DNA from: a virus
Length of the DNA stretch: 64,000 bases
IMG/VR virus record: IMGVR_UViG_3300000052_000003
Direction: 5' to 3' (one strand)
Under the pieces are notes generated by a model. It worked only from the letters and a program-made list of their open reading frames with translations. It made no database searches and was not told where the DNA came from. Made by a program: the position numbers and the translations under genes. Below, piece by piece: positions 1 to 8,349 of the stretch (its first letter is position 1; every line of letters starts with the position of its first letter).

Positions 1-48
1 ATCTTTGATATGTAGTCAGAACGACAAAACATCTAAACAATAAAAGTC

Positions 49-336
49 ATGAATGCTCAATTAAAAGAACTTGCCTACGGTGCTGCTTACAATGCTTTCT
101 TCAATAGCCATCGTGCTGATCGCGCTGGACTTAATGAAAACCAGATCAAAATTTTAGACTGGGTAGAGCCTAGCCTAGCTGACGCCTACGCTCAGTTAAT
201 GGTAGCTAGCGGAGGCAATCAAAAAGAAGCTTTGCGAATTATTCAGATTTTATACAAGCCAGAAAACTTAGTCAAAATCTTCAAGGCGATCGAGGCTGGT
301 GAACTTGAAGAAATTTTTCCAGGGCTGAACATTTAG
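49..336 (+). CDS. Hypothetical early protein (95 aa)
   Basis: ORF directly downstream of early promoter P1 with ACATCTAAAC leader motif. Confidence 0.75.
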   Translation: MNAQLKELAYGAAYNAFFNSHRADRAGLNENQIKILDWVEPSLADAYAQLMVASGGNQKEALRIIQILYKPENLVKIFKAIEAGELEEIFPGLNI

Positions 337-339
337 CCC

Positions 340-405
340 TAGAAAAAAAAGTTTAAAAAAAGTTTTTATTTATCAAATCTTTTATTACCTTTACTAAGTA
401 GTCAG
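340..405 (+). promoter_or_regulatory. Early promoter P2 (A/T box-TATCAA-N9-TACCTTTA-N4-GTAGTCAG)
   Basis: Same spacing and boxes as P1 (32243-32307) and P3 (20488-20541); -7 element resembles the Bacteroidota TAnnTTTG consensus. Confidence 0.75.
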
Positions 406-432
406 TGTGCTACTAATCTAAACCCCATCAAA

Positions 433-519
433 ATGATTTATTTATTTATTTTACTCGCCCTTGTTTTCCAGATTGTTTTAAACAATCACGTTCAGAGAAA
501 CGGAAATATCAGTCTTTAA
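433..519 (+). CDS. Small hydrophobic peptide, 28 aa (MIYLFILLALVFQIVLNNHVQRNGNISL)
   Basis: Hand-translated; first ATG after P2, preceded by ATCTAAACC and an A-rich leader. Confidence 0.55.
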   Translation: MIYLFILLALVFQIVLNNHVQRNGNISL

Positions 520-539
520 TCTTTTAAACATCTAATATC

Positions 540-1106
540 ATGAAAAATTTAATCAGTAAATTCGCCAGTGTTAATGTCGGTCTTGAGATCAATATCGAAA
601 GATGTGTCGCTTTGGGCCGTAATTTAAGAGCAAAAAGCGCCTATGCTAAACCACTTTTCAATTATAGATTTAGCAGTGTTGAACAAATGGAAGCTTGGCT
701 TGAAAAAGAATTAAATCGTAAATTAGCGATCCAAGCCTACCAGGATGAAAGAAAAGCAGAGAAGAAAAGAGCGCTTGAAAATAATCCTTTCCAGGTTGGA
801 GATCTTGTCTACGATAGCTGGGGATACGAGCAAACTAACATTGACTTCTACCAGGTGATCGAAGTTAAAAACAAAAGCGTAATGATCCAGCCGATCCAGG
901 GCAAAATGGTTCCAAGCCAAGGATATAGTAGCATGGCCGGTTTAACTGCTCCAGTTGCTAATAGTTTCTGTGGGGAGCCAATCAGAAAGAATGTGAACGC
1001 CTGGGTAAGTGGCGGAAATCCTAGCTACTATTTAAGAAGTGAGCACGGGATCATCAATCTTTACAATAAAGGAGACGAAGGAGTTTATTGCAGTTGGTAT
1101 GCTTAA
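540..1106 (+). CDS. Hypothetical early protein (188 aa; SWGYEQTNIDFYQV motif)
   Basis: Long ORF with ACATCTAA leader; stop overlaps the HD gene start (ATGCTTAA). Confidence 0.8.
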   Translation: MKNLISKFASVNVGLEINIERCVALGRNLRAKSAYAKPLFNYRFSSVEQMEAWLEKELNRKLAIQAYQDERKAEKKRALENNPFQVGDLVYDSWGYEQTNIDFYQVIEVKNKSVMIQPIQGKMVPSQGYSSMAGLTAPVANSFCGEPIRKNVNAWVSGGNPSYYLRSEHGIINLYNKGDEGVYCSWYA

Positions 1107-1617
1107 AAATAAAAATATAGAAAGTCAATTAATTAAGGAAGCCAGGGAACTGGCTTTCTGTTATCACGCCGATCAGATGTATGGATCACGTCCTTACTCT
1201 TATCACTTGCAAAAGGTAGTCAATATAGCTAGATTTTATTCTAGTTTGATCCCTAAGGAAGATCTTGAAGACGTCATTTGTGCCGCTTATTTGCACGATA
1301 TCCTCGAAGATACCCTATGCACCCAGGATGAAATTTTAAGAGCCTTAAATCCAAGGATTTTGTTGTTGGTTAAACTGCTGACAAAAAACGGATCAGATCC
1401 AGAAAGCTATTTTAACCAGGTAGCCCAGGATGATCTGGCGATCTTTATCAAATTATGCGATAGATATGCGAATGTTTTAGCGTGTGTTTACGATGGCGAA
1501 GATAAGAAGCTTGCTAAATATAAAAAGCAGAACCCTTATTTAATTAGGATTCTGCTTAATAAAAATTATATCGAATTAATGGAAGGAATCGAAGGATTAC
1601 TTCTTGCTTTTGATTAG
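1099..1617 (+). CDS. HD-domain small alarmone hydrolase (Mesh1/SAH/Aph1-like (p)ppNpp hydrolase)
   Basis: Motifs H..Q.Y...PYSYH, AAYLHDILEDT, IKLCDRYAN typical of RelA/SpoT HD hydrolases; ATG 1099 preferred over GTG 1039. Confidence 0.85.
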   Translation: MLKNKNIESQLIKEARELAFCYHADQMYGSRPYSYHLQKVVNIARFYSSLIPKEDLEDVICAAYLHDILEDTLCTQDEILRALNPRILLLVKLLTKNGSDPESYFNQVAQDDLAIFIKLCDRYANVLACVYDGEDKKLAKYKKQNPYLIRILLNKNYIELMEGIEGLLLAFD

Positions 1618-1838
1618 TAGGCTAAATACTCCGACTCGCTAATCTCTTTGCCTCCTTGATAGATCGCTTCGATCGCTAAGTCGGTGTTGAATGCCAAAGG
1701 GAATTCTTCGCCGGCTTTTCTTTTTGCAATCAGGCTCGGATTTTCTGGAAGACTTTTAATTACCAGATCTTCGCTTTCTAAAAGCAAATAAACTGGCACG
1801 CTATTTAAGCGCTCTACTAAATTCATCAAGTCACTCAT
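1614..1838 (-). CDS. Small acidic protein (74 aa), candidate immunity/antitoxin
   Basis: Immediately downstream of the protease-synthetase gene on the same strand; role inferred from position. Confidence 0.6.
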   Translation of the reverse strand: MSDLMNLVERLNSVPVYLLLESEDLVIKSLPENPSLIAKRKAGEEFPLAFNTDLAIEAIYQGGKEISESEYLAY

Positions 1839-1861
1839 ATTTACAATATATAAAATTTTAT

Positions 1862-3160
1862 TTAGAAACCAAAATTTTTGTAGTAATTTATTGACTGAGA
1901 TTTTAGCTCCTCAATCCTCTTTACATTTCCTACGGTTGGACGTTCAGCATTTAGGACTCTGATCTCTTCGTATAGCTTATGACCTTGGCCCCCAGGTAAA
2001 CCGGTTCTTTGTGCGATCTCATTATATTTCTGATCTCCTAATACTGCTCTAGCGCTTCCTTCTTTTTCTTTAGCGTATATCATCGCTGGAGTGTTGATCT
2101 GCATTTCTGCCATCGTACCGTTTTCAGTCTTGAAATTTACGATCGTTCCAGAATAGCCGAAGAATTGATCGCCTTCCTGAACCTTAATTCTACCGCCATT
2201 CTCAGCGCTGAATCTAGGATCAGATTTTGCCAGATCTCTGGCTGATCCGATCTTGTCTCGATCTATTACGACGGTGTTTCTGACTGCATCTTTTATCGCG
2301 TCTACCTTTCCACCTTCTTCGTCGTTTACCTTTCTTAAAATACTATCTTCAGATTTTAAGTTGATCGGAGTCACTACGCCTCCCAGTTTTTCAGCATAAC
2401 CTTTGCCTACTTTGTCCACTTCGCCAGACGAAGCTTTAGCGCCTGCCATTAAACTAGAAACTCTCGGATCTCCTGGTTTTACGATTGCCACTTTTGGCAT
2501 CCTACCAGCTCCCTTTGATTCTTTATCGGATCCTCCTTCTGGACGTCTACCACTACCAGGACCACCGAAATCTATTGCCTCCAGTATTACTGAAATTTCA
2601 GACCAAAGTTTTTGTTCTTTAGTCATCTCTCCAGGTTGCTTTTTGTAATTGAACATACCTTCGACGCTAAAGCCTTTAAATTCTCCAGACTTAACCTTCG
2701 TCCAGACGTCATCATTATCGATCGAATAAGAGGCAAAAGCGGAGCCGTCGGGAGCATCCTCAAAACCTTTCATAGGTTTGATTCCTCTCGACTCATCTGT
2801 GATCCAGATTTCAAACATCGTCACACCTTCGACCACCTGGTTAGGATCGTGCATCAAATTGACGTTTGAAGTGTATCCCTTCTGGAACATTTTTTTAACG
2901 ATCTTGTAAATCGTGTCTTTAGGGAAGGAGACAAAGTACTCCTGGCCATTATCGTTTCGATAGATCGGTGTATCTGCCAGCATAATAGGACCAGAGATGA
3001 TTCGACGCTCTTCGTCTTGGATCTCAAAATTCAATCGATCTGCTTTGAAGCGTAGGAAGTTTCTCTCGATCGCTGGCTTGTCTACCAAAGCGACGAAATC
3101 CACTTCTGATCCATCCATTAGATCCTCATTAATTTCTAGCAAGTAAATAGGTAAATTCAT
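1862..3160 (-). CDS. Prohead protease (XkdF-like) fused to C-terminal RelA/SpoT-type (Apk/Tas1-like) alarmone synthetase domain
   Basis: N-term NLMHD and GFSVEG protease motifs; GGPGSGR linker (aa199-205); C-term KSEDSILRKV, DAVRNT, GYSG, EMQINT, HKLYEEIR. Confidence 0.85.
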   Translation of the reverse strand: MNLPIYLLEINEDLMDGSEVDFVALVDKPAIERNFLRFKADRLNFEIQDEERRIISGPIMLADTPIYRNDNGQEYFVSFPKDTIYKIVKKMFQKGYTSNVNLMHDPNQVVEGVTMFEIWITDESRGIKPMKGFEDAPDGSAFASYSIDNDDVWTKVKSGEFKGFSVEGMFNYKKQPGEMTKEQKLWSEISVILEAIDFGGPGSGRRPEGGSDKESKGAGRMPKVAIVKPGDPRVSSLMAGAKASSGEVDKVGKGYAEKLGGVVTPINLKSEDSILRKVNDEEGGKVDAIKDAVRNTVVIDRDKIGSARDLAKSDPRFSAENGGRIKVQEGDQFFGYSGTIVNFKTENGTMAEMQINTPAMIYAKEKEGSARAVLGDQKYNEIAQRTGLPGGQGHKLYEEIRVLNAERPTVGNVKRIEELKSQSINYYKNFGF

Positions 3161-3171
3161 TCTTTTTTTAT

Positions 3172-5046
3172 TTAAAATCTTGAAGCTTTCTCGATACGCT
3201 CAATTCTTTTCTGCGATCCAGTGATGTCGCTTTCTACTACATAAGCCCTAGTCACTACGTTTGAAATAGTATTTAGTGATGTTTGATCCAATGTAGTTGC
3301 AATAGGCTCCGCTGATCTAGGTGCAATCGGAGCGCCAGCTCCTGCACTTGGTCCAGATCCTAGACTAGGAGCTGATCCTCCACCCGACTGACCAGGCACT
3401 TGGACAGATAAGATATTTTGAATTGACTTATATCCAGAAGCTAAAGCAAGTCCAGCGTTGATCGGGGCTAGCACTGGTCCGACAATAGGAATACCAATCG
3501 TAGACTCGTATGCTTTCTGAGCTGATAAGATCGCGGAGATAGTAGCACTGGCTACCGCTGCCGCCTTTCCTGCTGCCGTCTCCTGGCCTAAAAGATTCGA
3601 AAGACTTGCTAGTGTGTCAGCGGTTGCTTGAGCCGCTACAATCTTAGCCTTCTTCTCCTCGTCTGCTAGTTTTTTTCTTGCATCAGTTTGCGCCTTTAGA
3701 TTTTTAGTCTCAAGCTCTTCTCCTTTTTTAATTACTTGGACCGTCTCCTCAGTGGTAGCAGAAAGTTGCTCAAGTGCTAACTGATCATATTTTTGTTGGA
3801 TTGCTAAAAGCTCCTCATTCTTAGCCTCCTCAATTACTGCCTCATCACCTCCAAATTTAATTCGGTCCTCAAGTTGCTTTGTGTATTTAGCTTGGACTGC
3901 TTCTTCTTCTTTTTGTTGATCACTCAGGAATTTATCAGCGTTTCTGTTTCTTAATTCCTCATCTTCAGAAGCTATTCGATCCTGATTCTTTTTAAGCTCT
4001 TTAGCGGCCTCCTCAGCTCTTTTCTTTTCCTCCTCTTTACGTTTGTTCTCTTCTGCTATTTGCTTGTCTCTAGCCTCTTTGTTTTGCTTTGCTACTTCCT
4101 CATTCCTTTTATTATTTGCATCTACTACCGACTTATTATACTTAGTATCAATTACTACTAATTCGGTTTTTAGATCACGAAATTTTTTAGCCTCTTCGTC
4201 TGATAACTTGCCAGTCGCTTTTAGTTTTTCGCGTAATACATTTAAGTCAGTATTTACAATTTCCTTGCGCTTATCAGATAGAGCCTTTTCGCTGGCTCCT
4301 GCCGCTTCCATAACTTTAAGCTCAGCCTCTAGGCTTTCTTTTTTTCTTACGGATGATTTAGTGAATTTCTCTAAAGATCGTTCTGCTTCGTTTGTAATCC
4401 CTACAAAGTCAGTCACTTTTTCAACAATTCCAGTGAATATCTTACCTACGTCAGCAAGTCCAGGAATAACTTTAAGCACTGCTTCCTTAATCGCGTCAAA
4501 GTTTGCCACAATTAAACCCAAGGCAATCGCAAAAGCACCCACACCAGTGGCTATCAAAGCTCCTCTAATGGTAGTAAATGCCGTAATCGCTGCCGCTTTC
4601 ATCGAAGCAAAAGCGCTTAATACGTTAGTCTTAATTACAAGCGCTAAGTTTTTAAAGCCATCTATCGATGATAAGACCGTATTAAGTCCTTCAGATAACG
4701 CCAGGGCTCCCTGAACTTTTAAGAGTTGCTTCTCTACCTCAGCAGATTCTACTCCGACAAGGGCAAGAGCTCCCTGAGTTGCAGCGAACGCCCCAGCTAC
4801 GCCCTGGATCGATTGTCCGAATGCCTTGAATTTAGCATCTGGATCAAAAGCTTCGATAGTCGCCTTAGCATCACCAATCCGGTCTTTAAGTTCGGCCGCT
4901 CTTTTGGCAGCGTTAGCAATCTCAGCAGCGGAGGCTCCAGCAGAATTCTGGAGTTTTACTAATTCCATCATCGCCTCTCGAAGTTGCCCTCTAAGACTCC
5001 TGGTATCAGCTACTAGATTTATTCCTACGGTTTCGTTTACTGCCAT
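3172..5046 (-). CDS. Tail tape measure protein (624 aa)
   Basis: Long Ala-rich helical protein with hydrophobic segments and a charged coiled-coil stretch. Confidence 0.85.
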   Translation of the reverse strand: MAVNETVGINLVADTRSLRGQLREAMMELVKLQNSAGASAAEIANAAKRAAELKDRIGDAKATIEAFDPDAKFKAFGQSIQGVAGAFAATQGALALVGVESAEVEKQLLKVQGALALSEGLNTVLSSIDGFKNLALVIKTNVLSAFASMKAAAITAFTTIRGALIATGVGAFAIALGLIVANFDAIKEAVLKVIPGLADVGKIFTGIVEKVTDFVGITNEAERSLEKFTKSSVRKKESLEAELKVMEAAGASEKALSDKRKEIVNTDLNVLREKLKATGKLSDEEAKKFRDLKTELVVIDTKYNKSVVDANNKRNEEVAKQNKEARDKQIAEENKRKEEEKKRAEEAAKELKKNQDRIASEDEELRNRNADKFLSDQQKEEEAVQAKYTKQLEDRIKFGGDEAVIEEAKNEELLAIQQKYDQLALEQLSATTEETVQVIKKGEELETKNLKAQTDARKKLADEEKKAKIVAAQATADTLASLSNLLGQETAAGKAAAVASATISAILSAQKAYESTIGIPIVGPVLAPINAGLALASGYKSIQNILSVQVPGQSGGGSAPSLGSGPSAGAGAPIAPRSAEPIATTLDQTSLNTISNVVTRAYVVESDITGSQKRIERIEKASRF

Positions 5047-5047
5047 T

Positions 5048-7198
5048 TTATGCGTATGTTAATTCAATCACTCTTAATAATTCCACTTGAGTAGTCTTTG
5101 GTACGCTTGGATTGTAGTCATTAACTTTATTCAGTCTCCAAAGTGCGCCATCAATCAGGATCAGCTTTGCAAAATCTAGCGAATAGATGTCTTGCAAGTC
5201 TAGGTATAAATAGCAAGTAAGGAGCTTACTATCTTTGTTCACTATCTCAGCCAAATAATCACCCCAAAAAGCAGTAAATAAATTTGCACTAGGATAAGCT
5301 CCAGAAAGATTAAATAGAATTTCTTTAGGAACTCCAAAATTAATATCCGTAGCCGGTGTCGTTGGATTATCTAAGTGACCAGCATAACCGTAGTAAGTTA
5401 TCGAACTACCTAAATTACCGTTTCCTTGAGCGCTTGGTTGCTTTATATGCCAGCTAGGAACTCCAGTGATTTTTTTGTATTGCATGATTCGAAGATTATT
5501 ATCTCTTCGTGCCTCTACTCCGTCCGTCAAATCATATAAAGCAGTAGATAACTTGTCGTCTCCTCCTCTAGCTACCAATATAGACGGAGAAAAAATGATT
5601 TCTATATTTGTACGATCCTTAGTGAATTCAAAACCAGTATCTTCGTCTCGATCGCCATAACTTTGATTGAACTTTTTATTATAAGACTCATTATAAAAGT
5701 CATCGTCCTGAGTGTACTTAAAATCATAGAAGCGAGAATTTAGTTCGCTCATTGGTTTTATACTTATCTCTTGAGAGTAATCTACTTTATCTGTCCAGTC
5801 AATCGCATTTGATACTGGGCTTTCTAATAAAATTAATCCAGTCGAATCGCCAGGTTCCCCGTGAAGAAGCAAGTCTCCGAAATCGTCTAATTTTATAAAG
5901 CCTCCACCAATCTGATAGAAATCTATGTATGGCTCAATAATTATATGCTTGTCGATCGAGCTATCTTCATAGACATAAAGATTAAACATTCTACAAATCG
6001 AAATGAATAAATCCTTTTGAAGAATCCCCTTAGGTAATAAATCACCCATTACTAAGGAAGCTCCATAAATAGATTTTACTGGAGTCTTAGCGTTTGAGAT
6101 ATAATTAAATGATAAATTACTTCCTTCGAATGTGAAAGAATTTGCAGAAGTGACGTAAATAAATAATGTATCATTTGTGACTAGCGATATAGAAGCATTC
6201 AGAGTTATGAAAAAAGCATTTCTAACTCCACCGGTTGAGGCATAAGTTTGCTCAGCTATTACGTTAGAAGTACTATTTTTGCATATTTGGATTTTAACTG
6301 TGTTCGTGCTTGTTATATATCCATTCCCGTATACGCTAGAAGTACCGTTTAAAGCAGGAGTTCCAGTGTAGGTGAAAGTATTTGAAGTACTTAAACTGAA
6401 TAAATATAAAGAGTTATTTTCAAATGATACTTTGCTATTGGTCCCCGTGTAAATAAAGGTCCTGGTATTTGCGGATAATAGATTATCGATTACTTGCTCT
6501 AAATCTGCGTAATTATTAGGTAAAATCAGTCCTTTAAAAAAGCTACTATTAATAAAATCAGAGCTATAAGTATAGCCTGAATAATCAATTATCTTATCTA
6601 TTAATTCATGGACAAAAAATGCCGGTCTAAAAGCATCTAAGTGATAGTCTATTGTTCCATGCTTGCAAAGTCCGTAGTCTATTAAAGGATAAACTATTCC
6701 GGTTCCGCTAGCATCCCAGGAGTTTTTTACATTTGTCTCAGTCCAAGATTGATCGTAAGCAGTGAAATGATTTTTTAAATCTTGATCTTCTAGTGTTTTG
6801 TTAGCGATCGCGGAGGCAAATCCACCAAGCTCACCAAACACTGCGCACTCATATTCGATCTGGCCCTTAATGATTTTGATTTCTAGCAAGCGCAGAACTC
6901 CCTTGAATACCTGGATTTTATTTACAAAAATTTTTGCATTCGTCTGCTTAGTCGGATCGAAATTGTAACCAACACTTGGAGACTCATTATTAATCCCGTA
7001 ATTATTAGCGCTAGTAAGGCTATAAATATGCCCAAAAATTTTATTGTTATTAGCATTACCTGGAACCGTAATCGTTTTTGAATACGTTGTATTTCTGCTA
7101 GAAAAGTCTTTAATATCATCAATCGCCAAATTAAGCTCAAGTCCGATATCTTCATAAATATCGAGCCTGCTATTTTCTAAGATTATCTCTGTTATCAT
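5048..7198 (-). CDS. Tail tip/hub-like structural protein (716 aa)
   Basis: Beta-rich large protein in tail operon next to the tape measure gene. Confidence 0.65.
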   Translation of the reverse strand: MITEIILENSRLDIYEDIGLELNLAIDDIKDFSSRNTTYSKTITVPGNANNNKIFGHIYSLTSANNYGINNESPSVGYNFDPTKQTNAKIFVNKIQVFKGVLRLLEIKIIKGQIEYECAVFGELGGFASAIANKTLEDQDLKNHFTAYDQSWTETNVKNSWDASGTGIVYPLIDYGLCKHGTIDYHLDAFRPAFFVHELIDKIIDYSGYTYSSDFINSSFFKGLILPNNYADLEQVIDNLLSANTRTFIYTGTNSKVSFENNSLYLFSLSTSNTFTYTGTPALNGTSSVYGNGYITSTNTVKIQICKNSTSNVIAEQTYASTGGVRNAFFITLNASISLVTNDTLFIYVTSANSFTFEGSNLSFNYISNAKTPVKSIYGASLVMGDLLPKGILQKDLFISICRMFNLYVYEDSSIDKHIIIEPYIDFYQIGGGFIKLDDFGDLLLHGEPGDSTGLILLESPVSNAIDWTDKVDYSQEISIKPMSELNSRFYDFKYTQDDDFYNESYNKKFNQSYGDRDEDTGFEFTKDRTNIEIIFSPSILVARGGDDKLSTALYDLTDGVEARRDNNLRIMQYKKITGVPSWHIKQPSAQGNGNLGSSITYYGYAGHLDNPTTPATDINFGVPKEILFNLSGAYPSANLFTAFWGDYLAEIVNKDSKLLTCYLYLDLQDIYSLDFAKLILIDGALWRLNKVNDYNPSVPKTTQVELLRVIELTYA

Positions 7199-8349
7199 TA
7201 TTTGAACTGGCTAAATTGTTTAATCCCCAAATTAAAGTTTAATTCGTAATTAAAGATTTTGTCTGATGTGACGTCCTTTCCTTGCCATGTAGTGCCAGTA
7301 AATACGATAGGATAATAGTTACCACCAAACTGATAATATATCTCATTAGAAGCTAAAAGCTGAGCTCCTAGGTTATAGTCATCAATCGTCAGATAATCAC
7401 TTACAATAAAATAATCGTAATCGATACCAGTCGTGAAGCTTCGAGTACCGCCGTAAAATATATTCGACGAATCTTTAAAATCCATCGCTTTAGTCGAATT
7501 GTTAATTTCATATTCAGAACGTGTGTAAGTTTTGCGATCCATTTTTCTTGATTGTCGTGATAGCAATCTAAAAGCGAACTGATCGTATCCACCAAACTGA
7601 TTAAGGAATACAATCTGAACCGGTGTAAATCTAGGCGCGCATGTTTGTGTAATAGTTATCGAATCAGCTCCGATCGATACGCGATAAGCATAAGTACTCG
7701 CCGTGATCTTAGTCGTTCCTAGGTAGGCGTTTATCGAAGCTGGAGATAGATCGAGTAGTATTCCGTGGACCGCGCTAGCTAAGAAGTTAGATCCAGTCGA
7801 TGGGCTTCCGTTATTGGTCCCGTCCTCGTTTAGATTCTGGATCGTAGCAGTTAGCGAGGAGGCTAAGTCTGAATTAAAATATGTTATTAAGAACGATTCA
7901 CCAGAAATCACCTTAGCACTCAATCGATCGCGAGAAGTCAAGAACTTATTTTCATAAGTAGTCATCGGAGTTCGGAAAGGATCAAGCGAAAAGTTCCAGC
8001 CTTTATATGATCCAGAAGTCAAGTTTGGATAAGTTACTCCTGCATATTCTTCCCCAAAGCGGATCGTGTAATCGACATGGAGAAAACCGTCTGCGCATCT
8101 GACAAAGCCCGATCCGTCATCGACAAGTTGGCTTGCAAAGTAATTTCTGACAATAGGTCCGAAATCGATGATCCCCAGATCGTTAGTGTCTGGATAGACT
8201 TTGAAGCTTGCGACGGTTGCGGAATTAATTTGTACGTCAAATACATATTTAAAATTAGTTTGTCCGATATTGTCTGAGCTCACTACGAACCAAAGCGCGT
8301 CATGAGCGGAAGTATAACTAGCAGGAATGCTCTCGATAGTGATCGCCAT
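7198..8349 (-). CDS. Putative tail structural protein (383 aa)
   Basis: Beta-rich, translationally coupled within the tail operon. Confidence 0.6.
   Translation of the reverse strand: MAITIESIPASYTSAHDALWFVVSSDNIGQTNFKYVFDVQINSATVASFKVYPDTNDLGIIDFGPIVRNYFASQLVDDGSGFVRCADGFLHVDYTIRFGEEYAGVTYPNLTSGSYKGWNFSLDPFRTPMTTYENKFLTSRDRLSAKVISGESFLITYFNSDLASSLTATIQNLNEDGTNNGSPSTGSNFLASAVHGILLDLSPASINAYLGTTKITASTYAYRVSIGADSITITQTCAPRFTPVQIVFLNQFGGYDQFAFRLLSRQSRKMDRKTYTRSEYEINNSTKAMDFKDSSNIFYGGTRSFTTGIDYDYFIVSDYLTIDDYNLGAQLLASNEIYYQFGGNYYPIVFTGTTWQGKDVTSDKIFNYELNFNLGIKQFSQFK

Noticed and set aside
1039-1098. ORF-track GTG start for the HD protein
   Set aside because: Adds 20 unconserved residues deep inside the upstream gene; ATG 1099 overlaps the upstream stop in typical coupling fashion.
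2403-2869. Plus-strand ORFs antisense to the protease-synthetase gene as possible antitoxins
   Set aside because: Low-complexity shadow translations with no start context or motifs.
1862-3160. Synthetase plus HD as a split long RelA/SpoT for ordinary stringent-response mimicry
   Set aside because: Not excluded, but no TGS/ACT domains, the synthetase is fused to a head protein, and the motifs fit toxin-type synthetases better.
4043-4714. 223-aa plus-strand ORF (and 4726-4962, 4826-5062)
   Set aside because: Antisense shadow of the tape measure gene; Ser/Phe/Leu-rich composition expected from the reverse of a Glu/Lys/Ala-rich frame; no promoter.
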